NCBI GenBank assembly: GCA_963790205.1
Contig: CAWBNQ010000003.1
Span: forward strand, 1,023,022 to 1,087,021
Direction: 5' to 3'
Length of the DNA stretch: 64,000 nucleotides
DNA from: Nitrospirota bacterium
GTDB taxonomy: Bacteria > Nitrospirota > UBA9217
Made by a program: the position numbers and the translations under genes. Positions 31,536 to 43,310 of the stretch are shown here, in pieces. Numbering within the stretch: the first letter of the stretch is position 1; every line of letters starts with the position of its first letter. The notes beneath the pieces were generated by a model. That model was not told where the DNA came from. It saw only the letters and a list, made by a program, of their open reading frames with translations, and searched no databases.

Positions 31536-33908
31536 ATGACCGAAACACTCTCCGATGAAAAACTCGAAGCCATGCATGCCTACTGGCGCGCGGCGAATTA
31601 TCTCTCCGTGGGCCAGATCTATCTCTACGACAATCCGCTGCTCAAAGAGCCGTTGAAGCGGGAGCACATCAAGCCGCGGCTTTTGGGGCACTGGGGCACG
31701 ACGCCGGGGCTGAATTTTTTATACGTCCATCTCAACCGTGTTATCGTGTCCCGGGACCTTAATGTCATCTTCATTTGCGGTCCGGGCCATGGAGGCCCGG
31801 GCCTGGTGGCGAACACCTACCTGGAAGGAACGTACTGCGAATTCTACCCCCACATCACCCGGGACGCCGATGGTATGCGGAAGCTTTTCAAGCAGTTTTC
31901 ATTCCCCGGCGGCATCCCGAGCCACGCGGCCCCGGAGACACCCGGCTCCATTCACGAGGGAGGCGAGTTGGGGTATTCGCTGTCGCACGCCTATGGCGCC
32001 GTTTTCGACAACCCTGACCTGATCGCGGCCTGCGTCGTGGGCGACGGCGAGGCTGAAACGGGACCGCTTGCAACGGCGTGGCACTCCAACAAGTTCCTGA
32101 ATCCGGCCACTGACGGCGCCGTGCTCCCGATCCTGCACCTGAACGGCTACAAGATCGCTAATCCCACGGTGCTGGCGCGGATCAGCCGCGAAGAACTGGA
32201 GAGCCTTTTCATCGGCTACGGATACCGGCCCTACGTCGTCGAAGGAGACGATCCAGCCGTCATGCACCGGAAGATGGCCGGGACACTGGATGCCGTGATC
32301 ACCGAAATCCGGTCCATCCAGAGCGAGGCCCGCAGCAACGGGACCTTGAAACGTCCCCAATGGCCGATGATCATCCTGCGGACGCCCAAGGGCTGGACGG
32401 GACCGAAGGAGGTCGACGGGAAGAAAACGGAGGGGTTCTGGCGGTCTCACCAGGTCCCCATCGCGGAGATGGACACGAAGCCGGAACACGTGAAGCTGCT
32501 GGAAGTCTGGATGAAGAGCTATAAGCCGGAGGAGCTCTTTGACGAGAACGGGAAGCTGGTTCCCAAGCTCGCTGAACTCGCACCCGCGGGCGATCGCCGT
32601 ATGAGCGCCAACCCCCACGCGAACGGCGGCCTGCTCTTGAAAGAGCTGAGAATGCCCGAGTTCAGGGATTACGCCGTGGACGTGCCCGGACCGGGCGAGG
32701 TCACGGCAGAGGCCACGAAGGTCATGGGCGCGTTTCTGCGGGACATCATGAAGCTCAACAAAGAGAGCAGGAACTTCCGGGTAATGGGCCCGGATGAAAC
32801 GGCCTCGAACCGGCTCAGTGCGCTCTTTGAAGTGACGGACAGGGCCTGGATGGCGGAGACGATACCGGAAGATGAGAATCTTTCACCCGACGGCCGGGTC
32901 ATGGAGATCCTGAGCGAACACACGTGCCAGGGCTGGCTCGAAGGGTATCTTCTGACCGGAAGGCACGGGTTCTTCTCATGCTATGAAGCCTTTGTCCATA
33001 TCGTGGACTCCATGTTCAACCAGCACGCCAAGTGGCTGAAGGTTGCGAGCAAAGAAATTCCCTGGCGCAGGCCCATCGCCTCTCTGAACTACCTTCTGAC
33101 ATCCCATGTCTGGCGGCAGGACCACAACGGCTTCAGCCACCAGGACCCCGGCTTCATCGACATGGTCGTGAACAAGAAGGCGGATATCGTGCGGGTCTAT
33201 CTGCCTCCCGATGCGAACACGCTGCTCTCCGTGACCGACCACTGCCTGCGAAGCCGCAACTGCATCAATGTGATCGTGGCGGGAAAACAGCCCCAGCAGC
33301 AGTGGCTGGATATGGACGCCGCCGTGAAGCACTGCTCCGCGGGGATCGGCATCTGGGAGTGGGCGAGCAACGACAAGGGCGCGGAGCCGGACGTGGTGAT
33401 GGCCTGTGCCGGCGACGTGCCGACGCTCGAGACCCTTGCCGCCGTCGAACTGCTCCGGAGCCAGGCGCCGGACCTTAAAATTCGCATGATCAACGTGGTC
33501 GATCTCATGACCCTCCAGCCTCACGAAGAGCATCCCCACGGACTGTCGAACAAGGACTTTGACACGCTCTTTACGACCGACAAGCCGATCATCTTCGCCT
33601 ACCACGGCTACCCCTGGCTCATCCATAGGCTGACCTACCGGAGAACGAACCATGAGAACCTGCACGTCCGCGGGTATAAGGAGGAGGGAACCACGACCAC
33701 CCCCTTCGACATGGTCGTCAGGAACGACCTGGACCGTTTCCATCTCGTATCCGACGTGATCGACCGCGTTCCGAAGCTCGTCTCGATCGCCGCGTACGCC
33801 AAACAGGCAGTGCGGGACAAGCTGGTCGAGCACCGGGAGTACATTGCCCGATATGGCCAGGACATGCCCGAGATCAGGGATTGGACGTGGAAGGGGACAA
33901 GGGCGTAG
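31536..33908 (+). CDS. xfp: Xylulose-5-P/fructose-6-P phosphoketolase
   Basis: [42 protein letters not shown]. Confidence 0.96.
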   Translation: MTETLSDEKLEAMHAYWRAANYLSVGQIYLYDNPLLKEPLKREHIKPRLLGHWGTTPGLNFLYVHLNRVIVSRDLNVIFICGPGHGGPGLVANTYLEGTYCEFYPHITRDADGMRKLFKQFSFPGGIPSHAAPETPGSIHEGGELGYSLSHAYGAVFDNPDLIAACVVGDGEAETGPLATAWHSNKFLNPATDGAVLPILHLNGYKIANPTVLARISREELESLFIGYGYRPYVVEGDDPAVMHRKMAGTLDAVITEIRSIQSEARSNGTLKRPQWPMIILRTPKGWTGPKEVDGKKTEGFWRSHQVPIAEMDTKPEHVKLLEVWMKSYKPEELFDENGKLVPKLAELAPAGDRRMSANPHANGGLLLKELRMPEFRDYAVDVPGPGEVTAEATKVMGAFLRDIMKLNKESRNFRVMGPDETASNRLSALFEVTDRAWMAETIPEDENLSPDGRVMEILSEHTCQGWLEGYLLTGRHGFFSCYEAFVHIVDSMFNQHAKWLKVASKEIPWRRPIASLNYLLTSHVWRQDHNGFSHQDPGFIDMVVNKKADIVRVYLPPDANTLLSVTDHCLRSRNCINVIVAGKQPQQQWLDMDAAVKHCSAGIGIWEWASNDKGAEPDVVMACAGDVPTLETLAAVELLRSQAPDLKIRMINVVDLMTLQPHEEHPHGLSNKDFDTLFTTDKPIIFAYHGYPWLIHRLTYRRTNHENLHVRGYKEEGTTTTPFDMVVRNDLDRFHLVSDVIDRVPKLVSIAAYAKQAVRDKLVEHREYIARYGQDMPEIRDWTWKGTRA

Positions 33909-33955
33909 GTATGTTTTATCACGTTTTTATCACAGCGGGATTGGAGACATTCCTG

Positions 33956-33984
33956 TTGACGGCTGCTGCATAATCTGCTACGAT
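33956..33984 (+). promoter_or_regulatory. Candidate sigma70 promoter for the fluoride module
   Basis: TTGACG at 33956-33961, 17-bp spacer, TG-extended TACGAT at 33979-33984, 13 nt before the riboswitch. Confidence 0.5.
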
Positions 33985-33997
33985 TTAACAAACAAAA

Positions 33998-34049
33998 GGC
34001 GATGGAGTTCGCCAAAACCGCCTCTTTTCCAAGGGCTAATGACTCCTAC
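33998..34049 (+). ncRNA. Fluoride riboswitch (crcB motif) #1
   Basis: GGCGATGGAGTTCGCC-AAAACCGCC..GGCTAATGACTCCTAC fits the crcB consensus, with GGAGT/ACTCC pseudoknot; directly upstream of crcB. Confidence 0.95.
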
Positions 34050-34080
34050 TCTCAATCTAAATGAGGGCAGGAGTTTTTTT
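34042..34080 (+). terminator. Riboswitch #1 expression-platform terminator
   Basis: ACTCCTACTCTCA-loop-TGAGGGCAGGAGT followed by a T run; overlaps the aptamer 3' end. Confidence 0.85.
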
Positions 34081-34174
34081 ATGCCCTGAAAGGACAGAGA
34101 ATGCAAAGCCAGTGTCGAGCCGCGCGCCCTGCACGGGCACCATCGTCAATGAACGGAAAACGCAAGAGGTTCGT

Positions 34175-34549
34175 ATGCTAAAATATATTGTAATCATCAC
34201 AGGAGGCGGCATCGGGGCTGCCTCCCGCTTCGCGCTCGGGACCTGGATCGGCCAGCGATGGGGAAGAAGTTTTCCGCTGGGCACCTTCGTGATCAATGTG
34301 AGCGGCAGCTTTCTTATCGGGCTGCTCATGACCCTGATGGCTGAACGGTTCACGGAAAACCCGATCTGGCGCCTGCTTCTGGTCGTCGGAGTTCTCGGCG
34401 GTTACACGACGTTTTCGTCGTTCGAGTATGAGACCGGCAAGCTGGTGACTGACGGCGAATATTTGTACGCTGCCCTGAACGCGGTCTTGAGCGTGATGGT
34501 AGGTTTTGCCGCTCTCAAGACAGGGGAAGTCCTCGCGAAGATCATATAG
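34175..34549 (+). CDS. crcB: Fluoride channel Fluc/CrcB
   Basis: GGGIGAASRF, PLGTFVINVSGSF, GVLGGYTTFSSF. Confidence 0.95.
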   Translation: MLKYIVIITGGGIGAASRFALGTWIGQRWGRSFPLGTFVINVSGSFLIGLLMTLMAERFTENPIWRLLLVVGVLGGYTTFSSFEYETGKLVTDGEYLYAALNAVLSVMVGFAALKTGEVLAKII

Positions 34550-34559
34550 GAGAACGCCG

Positions 34560-35282
34560 ATGGTAACGAAAGGCCCTGCAAAGAAGCTTACCGTGTATGT
34601 TGATGAAACGGACAAGTTCCACGGCAAGCCGGTTTATGAAGTGCTGCTCGACATCTTCCTTAGGAAAAAGATTATGGGTGTGAGCGTGTTCCGGGGCATT
34701 GCCGGCTACGGGAGCGAGAGAATCTTTCACACATCCAAAATGCTTGAGCTGTCCACGAGCATGCCGGTGAAGATCGAGGTAGTGGAGTCCGAGGAGATGA
34801 TCAACAGCGTGCTCCCGGATGTCTACCACGTCGTCGAAAAGGGCATGGTTGAGGTCACGGAAACGAACGTCCTCAAGTGCTGCCCGAAGACTGAGGAGAA
34901 GCAAAAAGAAAAAGGAGAACACATGAAGCTCGAAGGCAAGGCCAAGATGCTTCGGATCATCATCAGCGAGGATGACCAGTGGGAAGGCGAGCCGCTGTAT
35001 GAGGCGATCGTCAAGAGACTGGTCATGACCGATATCGCAGGGGCGACCGTCTACAAGGCAATCGCCGGCTACGGGCCGCACAAGCGATATCACAAGAAGA
35101 AAACGCTGACGGTGCACGGCGAACTCCCTATCCTGATCACGGTAATGGATACTGAGGACAAGATCAGTAAAGTGATCCCCATACTCGACGAGCTGGTGGG
35201 TGAAGGGATCGTCGTGCTTTCTGATGTGAATGTGATCAAATATACGCATCGGGATGCTGCCGGATTAGAAGCCGCAGGATAG
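34560..35282 (+). CDS. Tandem two-domain DUF190 (PII-like) protein
   Basis: Two repeats of ExDxxxGxPxYE..GxxVxxxIAGYG..P(V/I)xIxVxxxExxI. Confidence 0.85.
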   Translation: MVTKGPAKKLTVYVDETDKFHGKPVYEVLLDIFLRKKIMGVSVFRGIAGYGSERIFHTSKMLELSTSMPVKIEVVESEEMINSVLPDVYHVVEKGMVEVTETNVLKCCPKTEEKQKEKGEHMKLEGKAKMLRIIISEDDQWEGEPLYEAIVKRLVMTDIAGATVYKAIAGYGPHKRYHKKKTLTVHGELPILITVMDTEDKISKVIPILDELVGEGIVVLSDVNVIKYTHRDAAGLEAAG

Positions 35283-35318
35283 CCCTGCCGATGGCTTGAT
35301 CCGACGCGTACATGAACC

Positions 35319-35368
35319 GGCGATGGAGTTCGCCGCGAACCGCTTCTTAAGAAGCTAATGACTCCTGC
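35319..35368 (+). ncRNA. Fluoride riboswitch (crcB motif) #2
   Basis: GGCGATGGAGTTCGCC-GCGAACC-GCTTC TTAA GAAGC-TAATGACTCCTGC; first 16 nt identical to riboswitch #1. Confidence 0.95.
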
Positions 35369-35396
35369 TCTCAGAATGTGAGGGTGGGGGTTTTTT
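35361..35396 (+). terminator. Riboswitch #2 expression-platform terminator
   Basis: ACTCCTGCTCTCA-GAATG-TGAGGGTGGGGGT followed by a T run. Confidence 0.8.
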
Positions 35397-35417
35397 CTAT
35401 AGAAAGGAGACGACAGC

Positions 35418-38527
<3,110 letters not shown>

Positions 38528-38543
38528 AGGGAAGGACTCATTC

Positions 38544-39014
38544 ATGATAGAGATCGATATTCCCGGCTTCGGTATGGTCAGGGTGGAGCACTTGGTATCG
38601 GATTTTACCGGCACCTTGTCCGTGGATGGTATATTACTGCCCAAGGTCGAGGCGCGGCTGAACAAGCTTTCGGAAATGATAAAGATCCACATTCTGACAG
38701 CTGACACCTTCGGCAAGGCACAGGCAGCGCTGAAGGATATCACGTGCGAGCTGCACATCCTGACCGGGGAGAACCACGACGTACGGAAAGAAGAGTACGT
38801 GCACAAGCTCGGCGCGGAAAGCGTCGTCGCTCTGGGGAACGGCAAGAATGACCGAAAGATGCTCAAGGCGGCGAGGATCGGCATTGCCGTGTCCGAAGGC
38901 GAAGGCTGCGCGGTTGATGCGATCATGGCTGCGGATATTCATGTCAGGAGCGCGCTCGACGGGGTTGACCTGCTGTTAAACACAAAGCGGTGCAAGGCAA
39001 CGCTGCGTTTTTGA
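38544..39014 (+). CDS. HAD-superfamily hydrolase (soluble P-type-ATPase-like)
   Basis: DFTGTL, LTADTFG, ALGNGKND..ML. Confidence 0.85.
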   Translation: MIEIDIPGFGMVRVEHLVSDFTGTLSVDGILLPKVEARLNKLSEMIKIHILTADTFGKAQAALKDITCELHILTGENHDVRKEEYVHKLGAESVVALGNGKNDRKMLKAARIGIAVSEGEGCAVDAIMAADIHVRSALDGVDLLLNTKRCKATLRF

Positions 39015-39029
39015 TGAAAAGGAGAGCAT

Positions 39030-39410
39030 ATGGCAGTATGTCCTTTTTGTTCGGTACAGCAGGATAAGATAATAACACAGAATTCGCTTACGTTCACGGT
39101 CAGGGACACGCTCCCGGTGTCGTCCGGACATACGCTCATCCTGCCTAAGCGCCATATCGCATCGATCTTCGAAGCGACAAAAGACGAAGTGGCCGCATTG
39201 TGGGCGGCTCTCCAGCAGGCGAGAAGTGGGCTTCTCCAGGAGTTTTCTCCCGACGGATTCAATATCGGTATCAACGACGGCCTTGCTGCAGGGCAAACCA
39301 TCCTCCATCTGCACGTTCACCTTATCCCCCGGTACAAGGGTGACATGCCCGACCCGCGCGGCGGCATCCGCTGGATCTTCCCGGACAAGGCGGTGTATTG
39401 GAAAGATTAG
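39030..39410 (+). CDS. HIT family hydrolase
   Basis: CPFC, GHTLILPKRH, NDGLAAGQT, HLHVH. Confidence 0.92.
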   Translation: MAVCPFCSVQQDKIITQNSLTFTVRDTLPVSSGHTLILPKRHIASIFEATKDEVAALWAALQQARSGLLQEFSPDGFNIGINDGLAAGQTILHLHVHLIPRYKGDMPDPRGGIRWIFPDKAVYWKD

Positions 39411-39457
39411 AGCAGAAAGAAAAAGGTTAATCTTTCGACTAGCCTTTTGAATGCTTT

Positions 39458-39470
39458 GTGGAGCTGAGGG
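39458..39470 (-). repeat. Displaced 3' fragment of tRNA-Ala (att-like site)
   Basis: GTGGAGCTGAGGG is identical to 47550-47562 in the tRNA; preceded by a hairpin at 39420-39449 resembling the tRNA terminator. Confidence 0.6.
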
Positions 39471-39787
39471 AGAATCTTACGCGCTCGCATGCTTGCTTCA
39501 CGAAAGGGCCAGCCCTCTCGTATCAATAAACACGATATTTTTGACGAAATAATTAGGCTTCGCGACGAACGGATCAGAGCAAACCGCCGAGAGACAGAGG
39601 ACGATAAGAGGTACACTGGAATTTTTTGATCAAACCTTCTTCCTAAAGTTGTTATGGTTGCCACGACTGAAACGCATATAGACACAATCTGTTGAATCAC
39701 ACAGTAGTTGCATGTCCTGGGAATTGCATAGTAGAATTGTGCGGGTAGAGGTCTTTGATACGATTGCCAGAAAGTCACAAAACTGCC

Positions 39788-39816
39788 TTGACTCTACTAA
39801 TTTTCGCGCTTATACT
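39788..39816 (+). promoter_or_regulatory. Sigma70 promoter, possibly giving a leaderless transcript
   Basis: TTGACT-17 bp-TATACT; ATG 39823 lies 7 nt after the -10 box. Confidence 0.65.
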
Positions 39817-39822
39817 GCAAAC

Positions 39823-40116
39823 ATGAAATTTGGGCTTCAAATGATAATGCAGGCTATGCTCAAACGCTTAGCCCTTGTTCTTATCGCGATACTCCTCCTC
39901 TCTGTTGTCACCGTCGCTTTACACAGTCATGTAGACGGCGATGCTCATGACAACTGTACCCTCTGTGCGGCGTCTCATCTCTCCTTTTCCGCACCTTCTA
40001 ATAACTCCCCCGAAGTTCACGTAACCACAGTCAAGCGAGCATTCTTTTTAGAAGGTTCGGTCGTTCTCCCAAATGCTGTGCCCGTCTCTATCGACTCTCG
40101 CGCACCTCCTGTTTAG
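39823..40116 (+). CDS. DUF2946-like leader peptide ending in RAPP
   Basis: Hydrophobic helix, HSH..HDNCTLC, C-terminal SRAPPV*. Confidence 0.7.
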   Translation: MKFGLQMIMQAMLKRLALVLIAILLLSVVTVALHSHVDGDAHDNCTLCAASHLSFSAPSNNSPEVHVTTVKRAFFLEGSVVLPNAVPVSIDSRAPPV

Positions 40117-40206
40117 ACCCCATTTGACCAATTTTCTGATAATTGAACATCTGGTCGCTGGCTTCCTGTAATCGGTAGCTCATGACCGGAAACGAGGGGG
40201 GCTCCC

Positions 40207-40518
40207 ATGGCATATACGGCCGATGAAATCAAGTGGGTATACGACCGCACGGACGGTCGCTGCTTCTATTGTGGTGAGCATCTGATGTTGGACTGTTACG
40301 GCTCGGTTGCCGATCGGGGAGCTTGGGACATCGATGACTTTATCCCGACGTTACATAAAGGAGAGCGCCGGCGGGAGAATTGGGTACCTGCCTGCATATT
40401 TTGCGAATCCGTAAAGGGCAAACTACTCCCTTGGGAATACGATTCCCGCCGGTTCCTCACGGGAGACGAAAATCCGGACAACTATATAAAGAAAAACGAC
40501 GCGGCCTCTCCCGCCTGA
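40207..40518 (+). CDS. HNH endonuclease-like protein with a degenerate active site
   Basis: GRCFYCG..WDIDDFIP..ENWVPACIFCESVKG; the expected DH and CN residues are replaced. Confidence 0.65.
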   Translation: MAYTADEIKWVYDRTDGRCFYCGEHLMLDCYGSVADRGAWDIDDFIPTLHKGERRRENWVPACIFCESVKGKLLPWEYDSRRFLTGDENPDNYIKKNDAASPA

Positions 40519-40623
40519 AAGGGGAGGTACCATGGATCCCGAAGCATGTGATCCCCCGAATACGGCCGCGGATCAATAACAGTAATTATCGCCCTTGTTC
40601 GGGGAATTGCAGGAGATGCTCTC

Positions 40624-41001
40624 ATGATTGAAAAAACAAAAAGCATACTCGTTGTAGATGATGACCCAACTATTTGTCAACTTGTCGCCGATATTTTCAG
40701 AACTTCGGAATTTCAGGTTCTCGAAGCGAGAGACGGAGTAGAAGCATTGAAGCGGATCGACGCCTCTTGTCCGGCCATCGACGTGCTTCTGGTTGACGTG
40801 GTCATGCCGAGATTGAACGGGGCAGAGGTTGCCCGTGTTATTTTATACTATTATCCGACAATCAAAATAATTTTTATGTCAGGACATCCGGACGATGTCG
40901 TTGTCCGTCACGGGATTCCCGCAAGCAAGTTGCGCTATCTTAAAAAGCCTTTCACCCCGGACGTTTTAGAGCAGGCGGTCCGTGATGAGCTGAAAAGATA
41001 G
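40624..41001 (+). CDS. Single-domain response regulator receiver
   Basis: ILVVDDD, DVVMPRLNG, FMSG, KPF. Confidence 0.9.
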   Translation: MIEKTKSILVVDDDPTICQLVADIFRTSEFQVLEARDGVEALKRIDASCPAIDVLLVDVVMPRLNGAEVARVILYYYPTIKIIFMSGHPDDVVVRHGIPASKLRYLKKPFTPDVLEQAVRDELKR

Positions 41002-41038
41002 AATTGATTTTTCAGCGCTCAGCGATGGAGTGTTTATT

Positions 41039-41437
41039 ATGAGAAAGCCCTCTTTGCGCAAGTCCCGGGAAAAATCCGGCAAGAAAGTCATCCTTGTGGT
41101 GGAAGACGAGCCGGCCCTGATCCAGTTTTACCAATATGCTCTGGAAGATGATTATAACATCTTTATTGCTTCGTCCGGCGAAGAGGCATTCAATGCGTTA
41201 AAGATTTTAGGCAACATTGATCTTATGTTGCTTGATTTCAAACTTCCGGGGATTTCCGGTATGGATGTGTTGAAGGAATTGAAGAGGTCTTTTCCTTCTA
41301 TCCCAGTGATGATGGTTACGGCGAGCAAACACGGCAAAACTGTGGCTGATTTGACCGCCCTTGGGATATGCGAATATTTGGAAAAACCCTTTGAAGTTTG
41401 CGATTTGCTTGATAAAATAAAAAGCCTTGTTGAATAA
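41039..41437 (+). CDS. Single-domain response regulator receiver
   Basis: ILVVEDE, LDFKLPGISG, MVTA, KPF. Confidence 0.88.
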   Translation: MRKPSLRKSREKSGKKVILVVEDEPALIQFYQYALEDDYNIFIASSGEEAFNALKILGNIDLMLLDFKLPGISGMDVLKELKRSFPSIPVMMVTASKHGKTVADLTALGICEYLEKPFEVCDLLDKIKSLVE

Positions 41438-41476
41438 AAATGGGAATGTGCACGCTAGCAGTTTATGATAAAAATC

Positions 41477-42520
41477 CTAGAGAAAATTGGGTGACACTTT
41501 TCCGTTGATCGTAACGGTAATAAACCCTTTCATCCTCAGCCAGGCCTCGACGGCGATCCGCCAGGCTGCTTGCGACTGAACACTACCATCACTGCATAGT
41601 ATATCACCTTGCAAGTTTGTCATCCAGTCATAGGCAGCGCTCCTTTCCCATTTGGTAAACGTTTTTTTGTTCGTGAAGTACACTTGGCAGGCGTTGCCGC
41701 CATGCAGGCACGGACGGGGTTGGTGGTTAAGGTCATGTTCAACCGTCGATGCATATGCCTCCATGTGCTCGCGCGGACAACTGGACTTATACAAGAGTTT
41801 TGCAGCAAGCCCGTTCTTCAGCTCGGTTTGTGCCTCTTCGATCGCGCCGTTGTAGGGCGGATAATGGACTGGACTGTTCAACGGCAGGACGAAGTAGTCG
41901 GCGAGCACAGCATTGACCGCTGCATGATTCAGGTTCGCGCCATTGTCGCGCTTGAGGAACAGAGGCGCACCGAAGCGATCGAAGGTCGCTGCGAGATAGC
42001 CGGATATCTCTTCGCCGCAGGGCACATCTCCCGTCATAGGAGTGAACTTGTAGCGAGACGCGAGGTCCTGCATATGGTTCAGGTACACCTTGCCACCGTC
42101 TGTGTCACGATGTTTGTATTCACAGGGGTCCATTGACCACGCGACGTTTGGCACGTTCCAGCTGATCCGCCGCAGATTCTGACGATGGAGTGTATTGAGG
42201 TCATGCCTCGCCATAGCGACCATGCTCTGCAGGTCTCGCCGTGACACAGAGGACGCGTGGCTCCCGTATAATGCGCCCGTGCCCTGCGTGCGGCTCTGCC
42301 CGTGAGACAGCTTTGCGATATCCCCTGTAATCCCCTCAAGATCCGGAGGCTTGACCTTGGGAGGACCCGGTTGCCGCACGAGGGGCGTGGCGTTCTTCTG
42401 TCGCAGACGCCAACGGATAAAGCTCGGGTAGGGGAGCCTCACGGCACTGCAGATCTCCTGGTAGTGCATACCGGTTTTCTCTCTCATCCGGTCAACAACG
42501 GCAAGCATACTGGTTATCAT
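41477..42520 (-). CDS. Integrase-core (rve) DDE transposase 2
   Basis: PNVAWSMD..QDLASRY..LKRDNG..YNGAIEE; stop lies inside the left IR. Confidence 0.85.
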   Translation of the reverse strand: MITSMLAVVDRMREKTGMHYQEICSAVRLPYPSFIRWRLRQKNATPLVRQPGPPKVKPPDLEGITGDIAKLSHGQSRTQGTGALYGSHASSVSRRDLQSMVAMARHDLNTLHRQNLRRISWNVPNVAWSMDPCEYKHRDTDGGKVYLNHMQDLASRYKFTPMTGDVPCGEEISGYLAATFDRFGAPLFLKRDNGANLNHAAVNAVLADYFVLPLNSPVHYPPYNGAIEEAQTELKNGLAAKLLYKSSCPREHMEAYASTVEHDLNHQPRPCLHGGNACQVYFTNKKTFTKWERSAAYDWMTNLQGDILCSDGSVQSQAAWRIAVEAWLRMKGFITVTINGKVSPNFL

Positions 42521-42903
42521 TTCTTCCTTCGCTTTCGTTTTTTTTCCTCCGACTCGTCAGCTCTTTTTTTCACACGGGCATTGTGGAGTTCATACGCGTG
42601 CAGCATGTCCCGCACTTCTACCGTTTTCTTAGCGACAAAGAGCTTGTTCTGGAGCTCAGCGATTTGCTCCTGTAAACGCTGTTTCTCCTCGTCCTGCGGT
42701 ATACTCGGCCTTCCAGGGGATTTATCCTCCATGGCCTCGGTCATCGCCTGTAATGCCCGGCGCTCCCACTCGTAGTAGGTCTTCCGCGACACGCCGAGCC
42801 TCCGTGCGCCTTCCTTGGCCGTGATCTGGCCGCTGCGCACTGCAAACACCACCGCAGTCCGCTTTCGGGCAAGCTCCTTGTCTTCTGAGTCGCTCATGCA
42901 CAC
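42517..42903 (-). CDS. HTH protein of the element
   Basis: TAKEGARRLGVSRKTYYEW..PGRP followed by a coiled coil; ATGA overlap with the downstream transposase. Confidence 0.8.
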   Translation of the reverse strand: MCMSDSEDKELARKRTAVVFAVRSGQITAKEGARRLGVSRKTYYEWERRALQAMTEAMEDKSPGRPSIPQDEEKQRLQEQIAELQNKLFVAKKTVEVRDMLHAYELHNARVKKRADESEEKKRKRRKK

Positions 42904-42914
42904 CGACCTTTCCG

Positions 42915-43310
42915 TTATGGGGTCTCAGCCTTGCGCAGGGGGGAGCTTTCGGGCTTCAGGTCCTTTAGCTTCTCCGGTTTCCTTGCTTCCTGCGCCTTCG
43001 ACAGCGTCTTTTCCAGCCTGTTCTGTACCGGGAGCATCAGGCGCTTTTTCTCCAGCATCGTCTGCAGCCGCGGGCTGAGCGCCGGCCCCTTGTCCAGGAT
43101 CACCCGGGGTTCCAGAGCCTGGAGCATTCCCTCCATCGCCCGTTTCTGCCACTGGGAGAGCACCATCCACGGTATCCCCATCTCCCGGCATACTTCCGCC
43201 GGCCTCCGCCGCTCCGTCCATATTGAGAGAACCGCCCGGCATTTCTCCATCGCCCCGTGGTTTGTCATCTGCCGCTTCTTCTCGCTTTTTATCTTCTCCG
43301 TTTTTTCCAT
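42915..43310 (-). CDS. Second HTH protein, overprinted on the 3' end of transposase 1
   Basis: KCRAVLSIW..AEVCREMGI..LSQWQKRAMEGMLQALE parallels the neighbouring HTH ORF; GAGGGG RBS. Confidence 0.65.
   Translation of the reverse strand: MEKTEKIKSEKKRQMTNHGAMEKCRAVLSIWTERRRPAEVCREMGIPWMVLSQWQKRAMEGMLQALEPRVILDKGPALSPRLQTMLEKKRLMLPVQNRLEKTLSKAQEARKPEKLKDLKPESSPLRKAETP

Noticed and set aside
20863..33833. Long antisense ORFs opposite glgP, gnd, zwf and xfp (up to 450 aa)
   Set aside because: Shadow ORFs from GC-rich codon bias, with no recognisable motifs.
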